DNA of 64,000 bases. Source: Macrostomum lignano. Its lineage: Eukaryota. Below the pieces are notes generated by a model. It did not search any database. It was not told the DNA's origin and saw only the letters and a program-made list of their open reading frames with translations. The DNA is taken from the NCBI GenBank assembly GCA_002269645.1, contig NIVC01002771.1:16587-80586 (forward strand). The letters run 5' to 3'. Made by a program: the position numbers and the translations under genes. Position 1 is the first letter of the stretch; each line of letters starts with the position of its first letter. Below, in pieces: positions 24,431-47,269 of this stretch.

Positions 24431-25139
24431 ATATTCAGTTTAACATTAAAACCGATATACTGAAGTCACAATAGGAGCAAATAGGGAAATCGCCACCTCC
24501 CTGACATGATGATGGCCAAGGGGCCCGGCCCCCGGCATCTATATGCGAAACCCTAGTACGCTAAGTATACTTGCCGCCCAGTGAGGTACGGCGCTACATC
24601 TATCCAGACATGCATCGAGCCGTGACCGCCTCAAATCAAGCCATTCATTCATTCCACCTTGCCTAGCATCAGTCAGGCTTGAAATATTTTGTGTTGCTCG
24701 ATTGTTTTGCCCTCAGGTTTGTTTGAGGCGCATCCTATCCAGCATGTTACGCACCAACTGTGCTCAAAGCCCAGCTCTGTTCCCTTATTTGGATTGGGCT
24801 TGACGCTTCACGGAGCACAGGCGTAATAGCGCTTCTGGGCTGATGCCGCTATGGGCGGGGATGCTGTCAGCTGTTGTGTGCAGATCTTGAACTGCTTCCC
24901 ATTCGCTTCCCCCTGCTGTTTATTGATTGTAACCACCTGCTTTGCTGGCGATTCTTATCTGACTGTGCAGATTTGAAAACCGCTCGCTTTGTTTATGATC
25001 CATTGATTGCCTTGGTCATTAGCGGCGGGATGACCTGCGTTTATCGACTCAGTTATCGTTATTAGTTATTAACGTTATTAGATATTTGTTACTAGTTACC
25101 GACTTATCTTTGGCGTTGAAACACACCCAACCTTCGCGC

Positions 25140-26290
25140 TAAAACGCACTCTTTTTGGCGCTTAATCTCATCTTGGCGCTTAATCTCATCTTGGCGCTTA
25201 ATCTCATCTTGGCGCTTAATCTCATCTTGTCGCATAATCTCATCTTGGCGCTTAATCCCAGCTTGGCGCTTAAACACACCCATATTGGCGCTTAAACACA
25301 TATCTTGGCGCTTAATAAAGACACTCATCTAGGCGTTTAAACACACTCATCAAGGCGTTTAAACACACTCATCAAGGCGTTTAAACACACTCATCAAGGC
25401 GTTTAAACACACTCATCAAGGCGTTTAAACACACTCATCTAGGCGTTTAAACACTCATCTAGGCGTTTAAACACTCATCTAGGCGTTTAAACACTCATCT
25501 AGGCGTTTAAACACTCATCTAGGCGTTTAAACACTCATCTAGGCGTTTAAACACTCATCTAGGCGTTTAAACACACTCATCTTTGGCGTTTAAACACACT
25601 CATCTTTGGCGTTTAAACACTCATCTAGGCGTTTAAACACTCATCTAGGCGTTTAAACACACTCATCAAGGCGTTTAAACACACTCATCTAGGCGTTTAA
25701 ACACTCATCTAGGCGTTTAAACACTCATCTAGGCGTTTAAACACTCATCTAGGCGTTTAAACACTCATCTAGGCGTTTAAACACTCATCTAGGCGTTTAA
25801 ACACTCATCTAGGCGTTTAAACACACTCATCTTTGGCGTTTAAACACACTCATCTTTGGCGTTTAAACACTCATCTAGGCGTTTAAACACTCATCTAGGC
25901 GTTTAAACACACTCATCAAGGCGTTTAAACACTCATCTAGGCGTTTAAACACACTCATCAAGGCGTTTAAACACACTCATCAAGGCGTTTAAACACACTC
26001 ATCAAGGCGTTTAAACACTCATCTAGGCGTTTAAACACACTCATCTTTGGCGTTTAAACACACTCATCTTAGGCGCTTAAACACACTCATCTTAGGCGTT
26101 TAAACACACTCATCTAGGCGTTTAAACACTCATCTAGGCGTTTAAACACACTTATCTTTGGCGCTTAAACACACTCATCTAGGCGTTTAAACACTCTCAT
26201 CTAGGAGTTTAAACACACTCATCTAGGAGTTTAAACACACTCATCTAGGCGTTTAAACACACTCATCTAGGCGTTTAAACACACTCATCT
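25140..26290. repeat. ~18-24-bp minisatellite (GGCGTTTAAACACTCATCTA family)
   Basis: Direct inspection; grades from GGCGCTTAATCTCATCTT units into GGCGTTTAAAC units. Confidence 0.95.
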
Positions 26291-26681
26291 TTATAAAATA
26301 TTTTCTAGCTGGGTTGCATGAAGCCCTCTATTTTCATGTAGAATAGCATAAAAATTTATCTTTACTTCGTACACTTGGTTTAGAATAATTAAGCATTAGC
26401 ATGACCTCGCGCCATTGTCGGCAGCTGTTTAGCAGCATGTGAAAATCGGGCAGCTTTTTGTCAGCTCAATCTCTGGAAAACTCAAGTCAGATTGAAAAAG
26501 ACAGCAGCAGAATCTCTTCGAGATTCTCTTGGCGACTTCCGGACCGCCTGCTGCTGCTCCTCAAAGATTTACGAGCGGATGCCCGTCCGCTTTTTGTCAC
26601 TTCCTTTCTTCCTTCTTATCTGTGAAAAGCTGGCCCAGGAAATTTCAATCGTGATGCTTTTTTGTTCAAGCAACAATATAT

Positions 26682-27126
<445 letters not shown>

Positions 27127-27517
27127 CAGTCAGTCGATTCAACTATAGAAATGGCCAGTCTTGGTATGAATTGGTATGAAAGAGGAAGTACAAAATAGCT
27201 TCCAACCCCCTCAAGCCCTCTCTTATCTTTAAGAATGCAGAGGGCAGCTGCGAGTTCAATTCCAATTGAGCAACAGCTCAATCGACACGCAATGCCAGCC
27301 AGTGCAGATCTTTGCTTTTTCCGGTCGCTCAGTTTGAGTGGCTTAAAGGGTATGAGATTTGAGTAGGTAAGCACTAAATCAGTATGATTTTCTATGTCAT
27401 GCAGCTGTGCCAGTAATGACTTGTGAACTGAGTTTCAGTTTGAGTCCTATCGGAGTTAAAGGATTTAAGGGCAGGGGGCCGCCCTCCCCCTTTAATAGGC
27501 GCCTCTATTCCTGGTTT

Positions 27518-28030
27518 CTTGGTGCTGGCGCCCCTTGGTGCTGGCGCCCCTTGGTGCTGGCGCCCCTTGGTGCTGGCGCCCCTTGGTGCTGGCGCCCCTT
27601 GGTGCTGGCGCCCCTTGGTGCTGGCGCCCCTTGGTGCTGGCGCCCCTTGGTGCTGGCGCCCCTTGGTGCTGGCGCCCCTTGGTGCTGGCGCCCCTTGGTG
27701 CTGGCGCCCCTTGGTGCTGGCGCCCCTTGGTGCTGGCGCCCCTTGGTGCTGGCGCCCCTTGGTGCTGGCGCCCCTTGGTGCTGGCGCCCCTTGGTGCTGG
27801 CGCCCCTTGGTGCTGGCGCCCCTTGGTGCTGGCGCCCCTTGGTGCTGGCGCCCCTTGGTGCTGGCGCCCCTTGGTGCTGGCGCCCCTTGGTGCTGGCGCC
27901 CCTTGGTGCTGGCGCCCCTTGGTGCTGGCGCCCCTTGGTGCTGGCGCCCCTTGGTGCTGGCGCCCCTTGGTGCTGGCGCCCCTTGGTGCTGGCGCCCCTT
28001 GGTGCTGGCGCCCCTTGGTGCTGGCGCCCC
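27518..28030. repeat. Perfect 16-bp tandem array (GGTGCTGGCGCCCCTT), ~32 copies
   Basis: Direct inspection; no variant units seen. Confidence 0.97.
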
Positions 28031-28559
28031 TGATCAGATTCATGATTTGTAGCGTTTATAGCGAAGTCACTGTAGGTCCGGGACAATTAAAACACTGCAT
28101 TTAGAGCTATTTCATTCAGCGATTGTTGATCTGAAAAAATATTGGTCAACTCTCTTTCTTGATTGCAATTTGCATTTTAGGGCATTACGGGCATAGAAAT
28201 CGTCAGCTTATTTACCTACTAACAGTAGTTAAATCTACTTCAACCAATGAGTCAGCAGCAGCCTTGGCATGGCCGAGTGTATAAAGCAGTCAAGTTTAAT
28301 AGGTCGCTTTCAATTGGCTGGGCTGCGGCTTATATGTATAGGCGGTCCGCGCTATCTGCTGGGTTCCCATGCTGAGCCTCTCGAACTCGTTCTGACCGCG
28401 GCTTGAGCGAGCAAAGCGTTACCCCCACCCAACCCTTGCCTTAATCTCTTGATAGCAGCTCCTGATAGCAACTGTACAATCGTTGATTGTACAGTTCAAC
28501 CCCCGCGGCAACTGGCGTTTTTGTGGCTCTTCTTATCCAAGTAAGTGTCCAAGCAAATA

Positions 28560-28599
28560 GCAGTAGCAGTAGCAGCAGCAGTAGCAGTAGCAGTAGCTA

Positions 28600-28634
<35 letters not shown>

Positions 28635-28670
28635 AGTAGTAGTAGTAGTAGTAGTAGTAGCAGCAGCAGC

Positions 28671-28704
<34 letters not shown>

Positions 28705-28760
28705 AGTAGTAGTAGTAGTAGTAGTAGCAGTAGTAGCTGCAGTAATAATAGTAGTAGTAT
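28560..28760. repeat. (TAG/CAG)n trinucleotide tract
   Basis: Direct inspection. Confidence 0.95.
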
Positions 28761-29319
28761 TAACAACATTACAAAAATATATTTTCTATTTTGTTACATA
28801 TCATCAACCCTGAACACTATAAAGTAGCTCAGGATAAAATGCAAAGACTACGTATTATCTGAGGCATGAGCTAACTTCTTGAGTTCTTTCGAAAACATTT
28901 TGCTAACGAATATTTGCTGTAAATAATCGGAGGCAGCGAGAGGCAGTCATCATCCTAGCGCTGATTCCGAGATCCGTCATACATCAACTCCCCGTGAATG
29001 GTTCATTTTCAGGCCTCTCTGCAGTGCCAAAGCAGAAAGATAGAAGGAGATGCAGCAGAAGGAATGCTCTGTTCAGCGTCTTCATCCACCTTTTCCAGCC
29101 GCCGCAATTGCGCTGCGCGACTTTCATTTTCGCACAGCTGTTGCCTGCCGAAGCAATTTAGTTCGATTCTCTGCTGCCGGACAGATGATGAGTGGGAGGC
29201 TGGCTTAGCAGGCTGGCTGTGGGGCCAGATGCTTCCATGCTTCCGTGTTCCAGGCTTATCTCTGTGACTTCTGCTTTTATCTGGCTGTGCCGCTGTGTGC
29301 GACTGTCTGCTGCTTTCTG

Positions 29320-29543
<224 letters not shown>

Positions 29544-29974
29544 GAATCTACCCTGTCAGAACATCGCGCTAAGCTTCAGCCTTGACACTCCTTTGCCCGA
29601 TTTGAACCTCAAATCAGCCGAAATTGTATTTGAGCGCGTCTATTCGCGGCCCACCGGCTCAAATTGGACGGAGGACTGTTAAGGGCGGAAGGCGCGTTGA
29701 ACGTCATTAAACCCGATCCCCATCCCTAGGAGCTCAGTCTTTGATACCCGCGCGTTTTGCCGTTGAGTTCGGATCCTGAGTCGCTTATGATTTTTAAAGG
29801 TGTTTCCTACTCAAATATTCTTAACTACTCGTACAAATGAATATCACCTTATATGCATTGATAAAAATTACTTTTTTGATCTTGTGAAATAGATCCTTAA
29901 AATCTGGTGAACCTGATTTGAGGATTTTGTACAACTGGTGTACGGAGCCGTTACCCCTGATGCTCCTGTATTGT

Positions 29975-30410
29975 AAATCTGATGCTTAGATCTTGTACAT
30001 CTGATACTTGCATCTTGTACATCTGATGCTTTGATCTTGTACATCTGATGCTTTGATCTTGTACATCTGATGCTTTGATCTTGTACATCTGATGCTTTGA
30101 TCTTGTACATCTGATGCTTTGATCTTGTACATCTGATGCTTTGATCTTGTACATCTGATACTTGCATCTTGTACATCTGATGCTTAGATCTTGTACATCT
30201 GATGCTTTGATCTTGTACATCTGATGCTTTGATCTTGTAAACCTGATGCTAAGATCTTGTACATCTGATGCTTAGATCTTGTACATCTGATGCTTTGATC
30301 TTGTACACCTGATGCTTAGATCTTGTACACCTGATGCTTAGATCTTGTACATCTGATGCTTAGATCTTGTACACCCGAAGCTAGGATCCTGTACAACCGA
30401 TGCTTGGATC
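29975..30410. repeat. 22-bp minisatellite (ATCTGATGCTTTGATCTTGTAC)
   Basis: Direct inspection. Confidence 0.95.
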
Positions 30411-30597
30411 TAAAGGACTAAAAACAGGGCTACAAGGATTTCTGTGGCTATCAGAACTTCGATACTTGAGTTTGACTATAGAAGTACATATTTATTAGTG
30501 CTGCCTTCGGTTGTACATAGCTGCTTAGCTGAGATATGCTGGATAATTAAAGACAAACCAATCTGAGTAAGAGCTCTGGCGTGAGCTATGTGCATAC

Positions 30598-30750
30598 ACA
30601 GTATAATTCTGGTACCCATTTTACAGCTGGGTGAACTGAAGCAATGCAGAGTTAAGTGTCTTGCTCGAGAACACAAATTGTTCTGCGAGGTCAAGAATCG
30701 AACCCCTGACCTTCCATTCGTGAGTCCGACGCTCTAACCACTAGGCTAAA
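30598..30750 (-). mobile_element. tRNA-derived SINE (5' head plus V/Meta-type conserved core), 3'-truncated
   Basis: The reverse complement reads TAGCCTAGTGGTTAGAGCG (A box)...GGTTCGATTC (B box)...GAGCAAGACACTTAACTC...CACCCAGCTGTAAAATGGGTACC, a typical animal SINE core. There is no tRNA acceptor stem or CCA end. Confidence 0.8.
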
Positions 30751-30756
30751 ACCCCT

Positions 30757-31658
30757 ACCAGTACAAGCACGCAAACCTATGTACATACACAGTACCAGTA
30801 CAAGAACTCAAACTTATGTACATACACAGTACCAGTACAAGAACTCAAAGTTATGTACATACACAGTACCAGTACAAGAACTCAAACTTATGTACATACA
30901 CAGTACCAGTACAAGAACTCAAACTTATGTACATACACAGTACCAGTACAAGAACTCAAACGTATGTACATACACAGTACCAGTACAAGAACTCAAACTT
31001 ATGTACATACACAGTACCAGTACAAGAACACAAAGCTATGTACATACACAGTACCATTACAAAAACACAAAGTTATGTACATACACAGTACCAGTACAAG
31101 AACACAAAGCTATGTACATACACAGTACCAGTACAAGCACGCAAACCTATGTACATACGCAGTACCAATACAAGAACACAAAGTTATGTACATACACAGT
31201 ACCATTACAAAAACACAAAGTTATGTACATACACAGTACCAGTACAAGAACGCAAAGTTATGTACATACACAGTACCAGTACAAGAACTCAAACTTATGT
31301 ACATACACAGTACCAGTACAAGAACTCAAACGTATGTACATACACAGTACCAGTACAAGAACTCAAACTTATGTACATACACAGTACCAGTACAAGAACA
31401 CAAAGCTATGTACATACACAGTACCATTACAAAAACACAAAGTTATGTACATACACAGTACCAGTACAAGAACACAAAGCTATGTACATACACAGTACCA
31501 GTACAAGCACGCAAACCTATGTACATACGCAGTACCAATACAAGAACACAAAGTTATGTACATACACAGTACCATTACAAAAACACAAAGTTATGTACAT
31601 ACACAGTACCAGTACAAGAACGCAAAGTTATGTACATACACAGTACCAGTACAAGCAC
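30757..31658. repeat. 37-bp minisatellite (TATGTACATACACAGTACCAGTACAAGAACTCAAACT) abutting the SINE 5' end
   Basis: Direct inspection; 37-aa periodicity in three frames. Confidence 0.96.
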
Positions 31659-32284
31659 GCGATCAAATAAAAAACAATTATAAATGCTCCAATCATTTTT
31701 GCGTCCAAATTTGTCCGTCCACTCAGCGCGCAATTATCCTTTTGAGTCACATTTGAGTCACAGGTTGATATTTGCCATTGCACACTGAAATCCTGCTAGC
31801 CCAAGGCAGTTTACATTTTGCAAAGGAGTTGATAAAAGAATTTACTTCAATGCTGTTTTTGCGTGAGATTTCTTATCCAATTTGAGCACAGCAACAAGGC
31901 TGATGCCGCCGCCGCCCCCCGCCCAAGTTTATGACTTCTGACGCCGCTCCGCCGCCCAAGGAGTCATAAAAACTTGCGCGGTCACGTGTGACCCCCGCCG
32001 CACTCTGAACCTTTTCAAGACTCGATTTGAGAACAAAGAGATTCGAGAGTTTGCTGGCAGCTCGAAATTGAGCACCTGGCGGACAAATTTTACAACTTAG
32101 CGAGTTCGTCTCGGCCGCCCCCGCTTTTATTTAGGCATCTCTGTGCATTGCTACTTGAAGTAGGCTCGCATTTATTTTTTCTAACGAATTTATTAAAAGA
32201 AAGAGAAAACAAAACCGCATTAATATTTGACATGTTGATTTGACAATAAAAATGAAATAGAATATCGGCATCTTAAAGTCATTA

Positions 32285-33285
32285 TTGGCATCTGAGATTC
32301 AGGATTGGCATATGGAATTCAGGATTAGCATATGAGATTCAGGATTGGTGTCTGAGATTCAGGATTGGTGTCTGAGATTCAGGATTGTTATCTGAGATTC
32401 AGGATTGGCAGCTGAGATTCAGAATTGGCATCTGAGATTCAGGATTGGCATCTGAGATTCAGGATTGGCATCTGAGATTCAGGATTGGCATCTGAGATTC
32501 AGGATTGGCATATGAGATTCAGAATTGGTGTCTGAGATTCAGGATTGGTGTCTGAGATTCAGGATTGGCATATGAGATTCAGGATTGGCATATGAGATTC
32601 AGAATTGGTGTCTGAGATTCAGGATTGGTGTCTGAGATTCAGGATTGGCATCTGAGATTCAGGATTGGCATCTGAGATTCAGGATTGGCATCTGAGATTC
32701 AGGATTGGCATATGAGATTCAGGATTGGTGTCTGAGATTCAGGATTGGTGTCTGAGATTCAGGATTGGTGTCTGAGATTCAGGATTGGCATATGAGATTC
32801 TGGATTGGCATATGAGATTCGGGATTGTCAGCTGAGATTCAGAATTGGCATCTGAGATTCAGGATTGGTATCTGAGATTCGGGTTGGCATTTGAGATTCA
32901 GGATTGTCAGCTGAGATTCAGAATTGGCATCTGAGATTCAGGATTGGCATCTGAGATTCAGGATTGTCAGCTGAGATTCAGGATTGGCATCTGAGATTCA
33001 GGATTGTCAGCTGAGATTCAGAATTGGCATCTGAGATTCAGGATTAGTGTCTGAGATTCAGGATTGGCATATGAGATTCAGGATTGGCATATGAGATTCA
33101 GGATTGGCATATGAGATTCAGGATTGGCATCTGAGATTCAGGATTGGCATATGAGATTCAGGATTGGCATCTGAGATTCAGGATTGGCATCTGAGATTCA
33201 GGATTGGTGTCTGAGATTCAGGATTGGCATCTGAGATTCAGGATTGGCATCTGAGATTCAGGATTGGCATCTGAGATTCATGATC
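32285..33285. repeat. 20-bp minisatellite (TCTGAGATTCAGGATTGGCA)
   Basis: Direct inspection. Confidence 0.96.
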
Positions 33286-33717
33286 TTGATCTGAAATTCC
33301 TGATCTAAGCAAAAAGAGTTCACTATCAATGTTCTTGGCTTTATCATTTGCAATAAAACAATCTTGAACTCTCGTGACCCCTAAAACTCGCTATTGATGC
33401 TCCCATTGTCTAGCCTGAGCATGGTTCCCCCGCTTCATCGGCATCCTGTTTGGGGCAGGACCAAAGCATGGGACTGCAGTCTGGCCGTGAGAATTCGCAG
33501 GCGTTGCGCCACAAAGATGAGCTGGAAAATTATTGGGGACGGGAAATAATGGGATGACTTTGAGGAGAAATTCTGCTCTGGAGGGATCTAGAAGCCAACA
33601 GGTGTGATTACGAGTGTTGTATTGTCGCATCCCTTCCACTTGTCTGTAATGATCTTCAAACACTCGATCGGGGACAGCTCAGCATTGAGACGGAGTCTAA
33701 TCCGCTTACCAGCTCTC

Positions 33718-34445
33718 TGCGCCGCTACCAGCCCTCACTGTCTCATTCTGGTGGCCCTCACTGTCTCATTCTGGTGGCCCTCACTGTCTCATTCTGGTGG
33801 CCCTCACTGTCTCATTCTGGTGGCCCTCACTGTCTCATTCTGGCTGACGCCGCTACCAGCCCTCACTGTCTCATTCTGGTGGCCCTCACTGTCTCATTCT
33901 GGTGGCCCTCACTGTCTCATTCTGGCTGACGCCGCTACCAGCCCTCACTGTCTCATTCTGGTGGCCCTCGCTGTCTCATTCTGGCTGACGCCGCTACCAG
34001 CCCTCACTGTCTCATTCTGGTGGCCCTCACTGTCTCATTCTGGCTGACGCCGCTACCAGCCCTCACTGTCTCATTCTGGTGGCCCTCACTGTCTCATTCT
34101 GGCTGACGTCGCTACCAGCCCTCACTGTCTCATTCTGGTGGCCCTCACTGTCTCATTCTGGCTGACGCCGCTACCAGCCCTCACTGTCTCATTCTGGTGG
34201 CCCTCGCTGTCTCATTCTGGCTGACGCCGCTACCAGCCCTCACTGTCTCATTCTGGTGGCCCTCACTGTCTCATTCTGGCTGACGCCGCTACCAGCACTC
34301 ACTGTCTCATTCTGGCTGACGCCGCTTCCAGCCCTCACTGTCTCATTCTGGTGGCCCTCACTGTCTCATTCTGGCTGACGCCGCTACCAGCCCTCACTGT
34401 CTCATTCTGGCTGACGCCGCTACCAGCTCTCACTGTCTCATTCTG
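33718..34445. repeat. Composite minisatellite: 23-bp CCCTCACTGTCTCATTCTGGTGG alternating with CTGACGCCGCTACCAG
   Basis: Direct inspection. Confidence 0.93.
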
Positions 34446-36614
34446 AGAAGGTCTTCAAATTTCACGAGCCCAAAGCAGATCGAATCGATCAGAGCAAAAA
34501 GCGACATTGCAGCGATGCAGAGACGGCAGAGCAGAGCAGGTGACTTGCCTGTCCTTGCAACTGCAGCCAAGTCCAAGTCTGGCACCTGTGCATAGCCAGG
34601 CACGGCCCCCTGCGCGTGAAAGAAGTCCTGTGTTGAAGCCCCCCTCCCAGTCGGACTCACAGACGGCAGCACACACAGACAGGGGATAAAAAGCACACAA
34701 AGTGAGTTGCTAATTAGGGGATCCACTCTGCCGCATCACTGCAGGTCTGGGAGTTGATTTTTGTTTTGGAGATCCCTCGCGAGGAAGGAGAGGATAAATT
34801 AAGCATGAAGCGATCAGAAAAAGCTGTCTTTCTGGATTGGGGATGCAGGATCTCTTAAATTGGGATTCCGATGCAAACGATGTGGAAGCCAAAAGGGGAA
34901 GATGGAGAGGATAGAGGGGTTTGAGCGTCTGGGAGGCAAAAGATTCTGCTTGGAGGGCCGCGCGCCACACGACTTCTCCCAAAGAGGCATGGGAGTCCGC
35001 CCAGCTGCAGCAGCGGCGGCAGCGGCGGCAGCAAGAGCCGCTTTTTTCCCGTGCGCAGCAGCGGTCCCCCGCGGCGCAAAAGAAGGAAGAAGCAAAATCG
35101 GCTGAATGATAGCCATAATCCCATAACCCTAATTATCTTGAAGATGAGCGTGAAAAAAAGTTATTTTCTGCATGTTGCAAACTGAATGTCACACAGTTGA
35201 GTCGAAATCAAATGCGCAGCACGACAGCACAGGACAGACAATTATGAATTATTATTTCTTCGAGTCCTAAGGGAATTGTTGGGTGAAGATTCATTCACCG
35301 CAATGCCGGCATTCGCGGTTGCTATGCAAGGCTTGGAAATGCAAAGTTTTCTTAGTTTAAAAAATTAAACATAAAAATAAACAATAGCTTGCATTTTCCC
35401 GCATTTTGAAATGAATATTTCATTGTTACTATACATGGGCATTGTTCCATGATTCCATGAGTCAAGTTTATGTGGTTGAATAATTTGGGAAGATTTTTCA
35501 TTTTTTTCGCGTCCTTTGGGTCTCAATTGATGGAATGTATCGAAGATCACAGTCGAAGTGTAGAGTAAGGATGTTCCCCCATAGAATGCTTCATCATATA
35601 GTAGGCCTATAATTCCAGAATCCTTTGCCCAGCTTCCTTAACCCGCTGTGCCCTCGCGGTGCCCTCCCACGGTGCTCTGCACACTCGAGAGTCCCCGTGC
35701 AGAGGCGACGCCGCGGGATGCTTGAGCACTAAGCGTGACTTAAATTGATGGAGACAGTATGGACCAGCTCGGCTCGAGCTTGGAGGGCGTGAGGCAAGGC
35801 CAGCTCAACTTCTAAATGAAAAAAGATGAAGGAATTGTTAATATTCGGGCTTCCCGTTAACCCCGCGAGTCCGTGCCACACCCTCCCATAGGCCACAGAC
35901 ACTTTCCCAGCCTCTCTTATCCTCTCTTCATCATCATTGTCTCCGCATCAGTTGCGATCCCCCTCACCTCGAACCTCATTGTCTGGCGACCCCCTTGGCC
36001 CCACCCATAGCCCATCCCGCCACTGAGGTCCGCTGACTCCCCTTCAACCCCCCCTCAGCCGGACCGCCTGTGGATTCGTTGAAATCCCGCGGACAGTGCA
36101 ACAATGTCGCAGAGCCTCGTGGAAAAAAATAGAGTTTAGCAACAAATCCTTCTCACAATGCCTCGCTTCCCATAACGGAACTCACTATACGAGTATTCCG
36201 TGAAGAGGTAATGCTCAGTGCATATACAACAGCCTCTTATCTATTCAGATGTTTAAAGTTCGTTTAAAATCATGTGAGCAACCCCCGGTCCCCAGAGCGG
36301 ATGCCACTCGCCTGTTATGGTAGTGCACCTTAGCGACTGCTAATTAATTCCCTGATTAAGCGAGCCAATCAAACTGTTTCTCCATGAGAGTGAATAACGA
36401 CAGAGGCTATAGATTCAAAGAAAAAACTGCTGTTGAAGTTGCAGGTGCAACGGCCCCTCCAGACCCAGTTTGTCTGCTTCAAATTTCTTTTGTTTTGGGA
36501 CAAAGTAATCGTGTTCTTCGCTTTAAATCTAATCTATCGAGAGTGAGATTGGATCTGTGATAATCTATTTAGATTGAGATGAAATTGATGAGACTATATC
36601 GAAAGTGAGAGGAC

Positions 36615-37880
36615 ATCTCTGAGACACTGGATACAGTGAGATGAGATCTCTGAGGCATTGGATAGAAAGTGAGATCTCGGAGACATGGGTCATGAGATAC
36701 AGTGAGATGAGATTGAGATCTCTGAGACACAGGAAGCAGTGGAGATCTCTGAGACACAGGAAGCAGTGAGAGGAGATCTCTGAGACACGGGGAGCAGTGA
36801 GAGGAGATCTCTGAGACACGGGGAGCAGTGAGAGGAGATCTCTGAGACACGGGGAGCAGTGAGAGGAGATCTCTGAGACACGGGGAGCAGTGAGAGGAGA
36901 TCTCTGAGACACGGGGAGCAGTGAGAGGAGATCTCGGAGACGCGAGAAGCAGTGGAGATCTCTGAGACATGGGATACAGTGGAGATCTCTGAGACATGGG
37001 ATACAGTGGAGATCTAGCTCTGAGACATGGGATACAGTGGAGATCTAGCTCTGAGACATGGGATACAGTGGAGATCTAGCTCTGAGACATGGGATACAGT
37101 GGAGATCTAGCTCTGAGACATGGGATACAGTGGAGATCTCTGAGGCATGGGATACAGTGGAGATCTCTGAGACATGGGATACAGTGGAGATCTCTGAGAC
37201 ATGGGATACAGTCAAGATCTCTGAGACATGGATACAGTGGAGATCTCTGAGACATGGGATACAGTGAAGATCTCTGAGACATGGGATACAGTGAAGATCT
37301 CTGAGACATGGGATACAGTGGAGATCTCTGATACATGGGATACAGTGGAGATCTCTGAGACATGGGATACAGTGAAGATCTCTGAGACATGGGATACAGT
37401 GGAGATCTCTGAGACATTGGATACAGTGGAGATCTCTGAGACATGGGATACAGTGGAGATCTCTGAGACATGGGATACAGTGGAGATCTCTGAGACATGG
37501 GATACAGTGGAGATCTCTGAGACATGGGATACAGTGGAGATCTCTGAGACATGGGATACAGTGGAGATCTCTGAGACATGGATACAGTGGAGATCTCTGA
37601 GACATGGGATACAGTGGAGATCTCTGAGACATGGGATACAGTGGAGATCTCTGAGACATGGGATACAGTGGAGATCTCTGAGACATGGGATACAGTGAAG
37701 ATCTCTGAGACATGGGATACAGTGAAGATCTCTGAGACATGGGATACAGTGGAGATCTCTGATACATGGGATACAGTGGAGATCTCTGAGACATGGGATA
37801 CAGTGGAGATCTCTGAGACATGGGATACAGTGAGATGAGATCTCTGAGACACGAAAAGCAGTGGAGATCTCTGAGAATCT
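36615..37880. repeat. 27-30-bp minisatellite (GATCTCTGAGACATGGGATACAGTGGA family)
   Basis: Direct inspection; ETWDTVEIS periodic ORF. Confidence 0.96.
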
Positions 37881-38049
37881 ATTGACAAGGACAGGAGAGC
37901 CCTCTAATGGTCAATAGATGGTCTAATCTTGCTACTGATAGAAAAGCTACGGAGTCCTTCTGTACCCGTCATAAACTATTGCCAATTAGAACTTCAAAAC
38001 AGCTCCACCAGCGGGAATTCGCCAAAACAGTATAACATTTGAGCATCTC

Positions 38050-38340
38050 TTGAGCAGTCAGCCAATAGGAAGGCCCAGTCTGACCGCCTCATTGGCTGCC
38101 CCGGCCGGCCCAGCGGCCCCCCTCCGATCCCCCACTGATCGCCTGGCCTCCCCCCTCCGACCCACCACCCTGCCGGTCCCAAGGCCGCACCTGCTGCGCT
38201 CCCAACATTTTCCCAAGCCAATTTTTACTCCTCTCAGTCAGGCAGTCAGCGAGTCGCGAATTCCGCTCCCGCCACCCCCCCCTGGCCCGCGGCCACCCCG
38301 CCTCCGCTAACAATTCTCCCATTTAAAAGGCTCAGTTTAG
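38050..38340 (+). promoter_or_regulatory. GC-rich, CCAAT-containing candidate promoter of the nuclear receptor gene
   Basis: AGCCAATAG (~38060), CATTGGCT (~38090) and GCCAAT (~38218) plus GC-box-like tracts lie 100-400 bp upstream of the ATG at 38440. Inferred from position only. Confidence 0.35.
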
Positions 38341-38439
38341 CCACCCTCTGGGGCTCCGCATCCAAGCATCCAAATTAGTAACTCCCTGCCATTAATACAG
38401 AAGTATTAATTAAACAATTAGCTGCCGTGAAATAAAACA

Positions 38440-47172
<8,733 letters not shown>

Positions 47173-47269
47173 CAGCCCAAAGAACGAGCGAGAGTTCGAG
47201 TACACATGCTATGAACATGTTACAGACATAAATATACATTTAATTTGCTAACTTTACGCCTGACACTTG

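Noticed and set aside
30598-30750. Possible tRNA gene
   Set aside because: A and B boxes are present but there is no acceptor stem or proper cloverleaf, and it continues into a SINE core.
33391-35124. GC-rich short ORFs on both strands (33.4-33.7 kb, 34.4-35.1 kb) as exons of a further gene
   Set aside because: No recognisable domain and no phase-consistent exon chain could be built; may be UTR or regulatory DNA.
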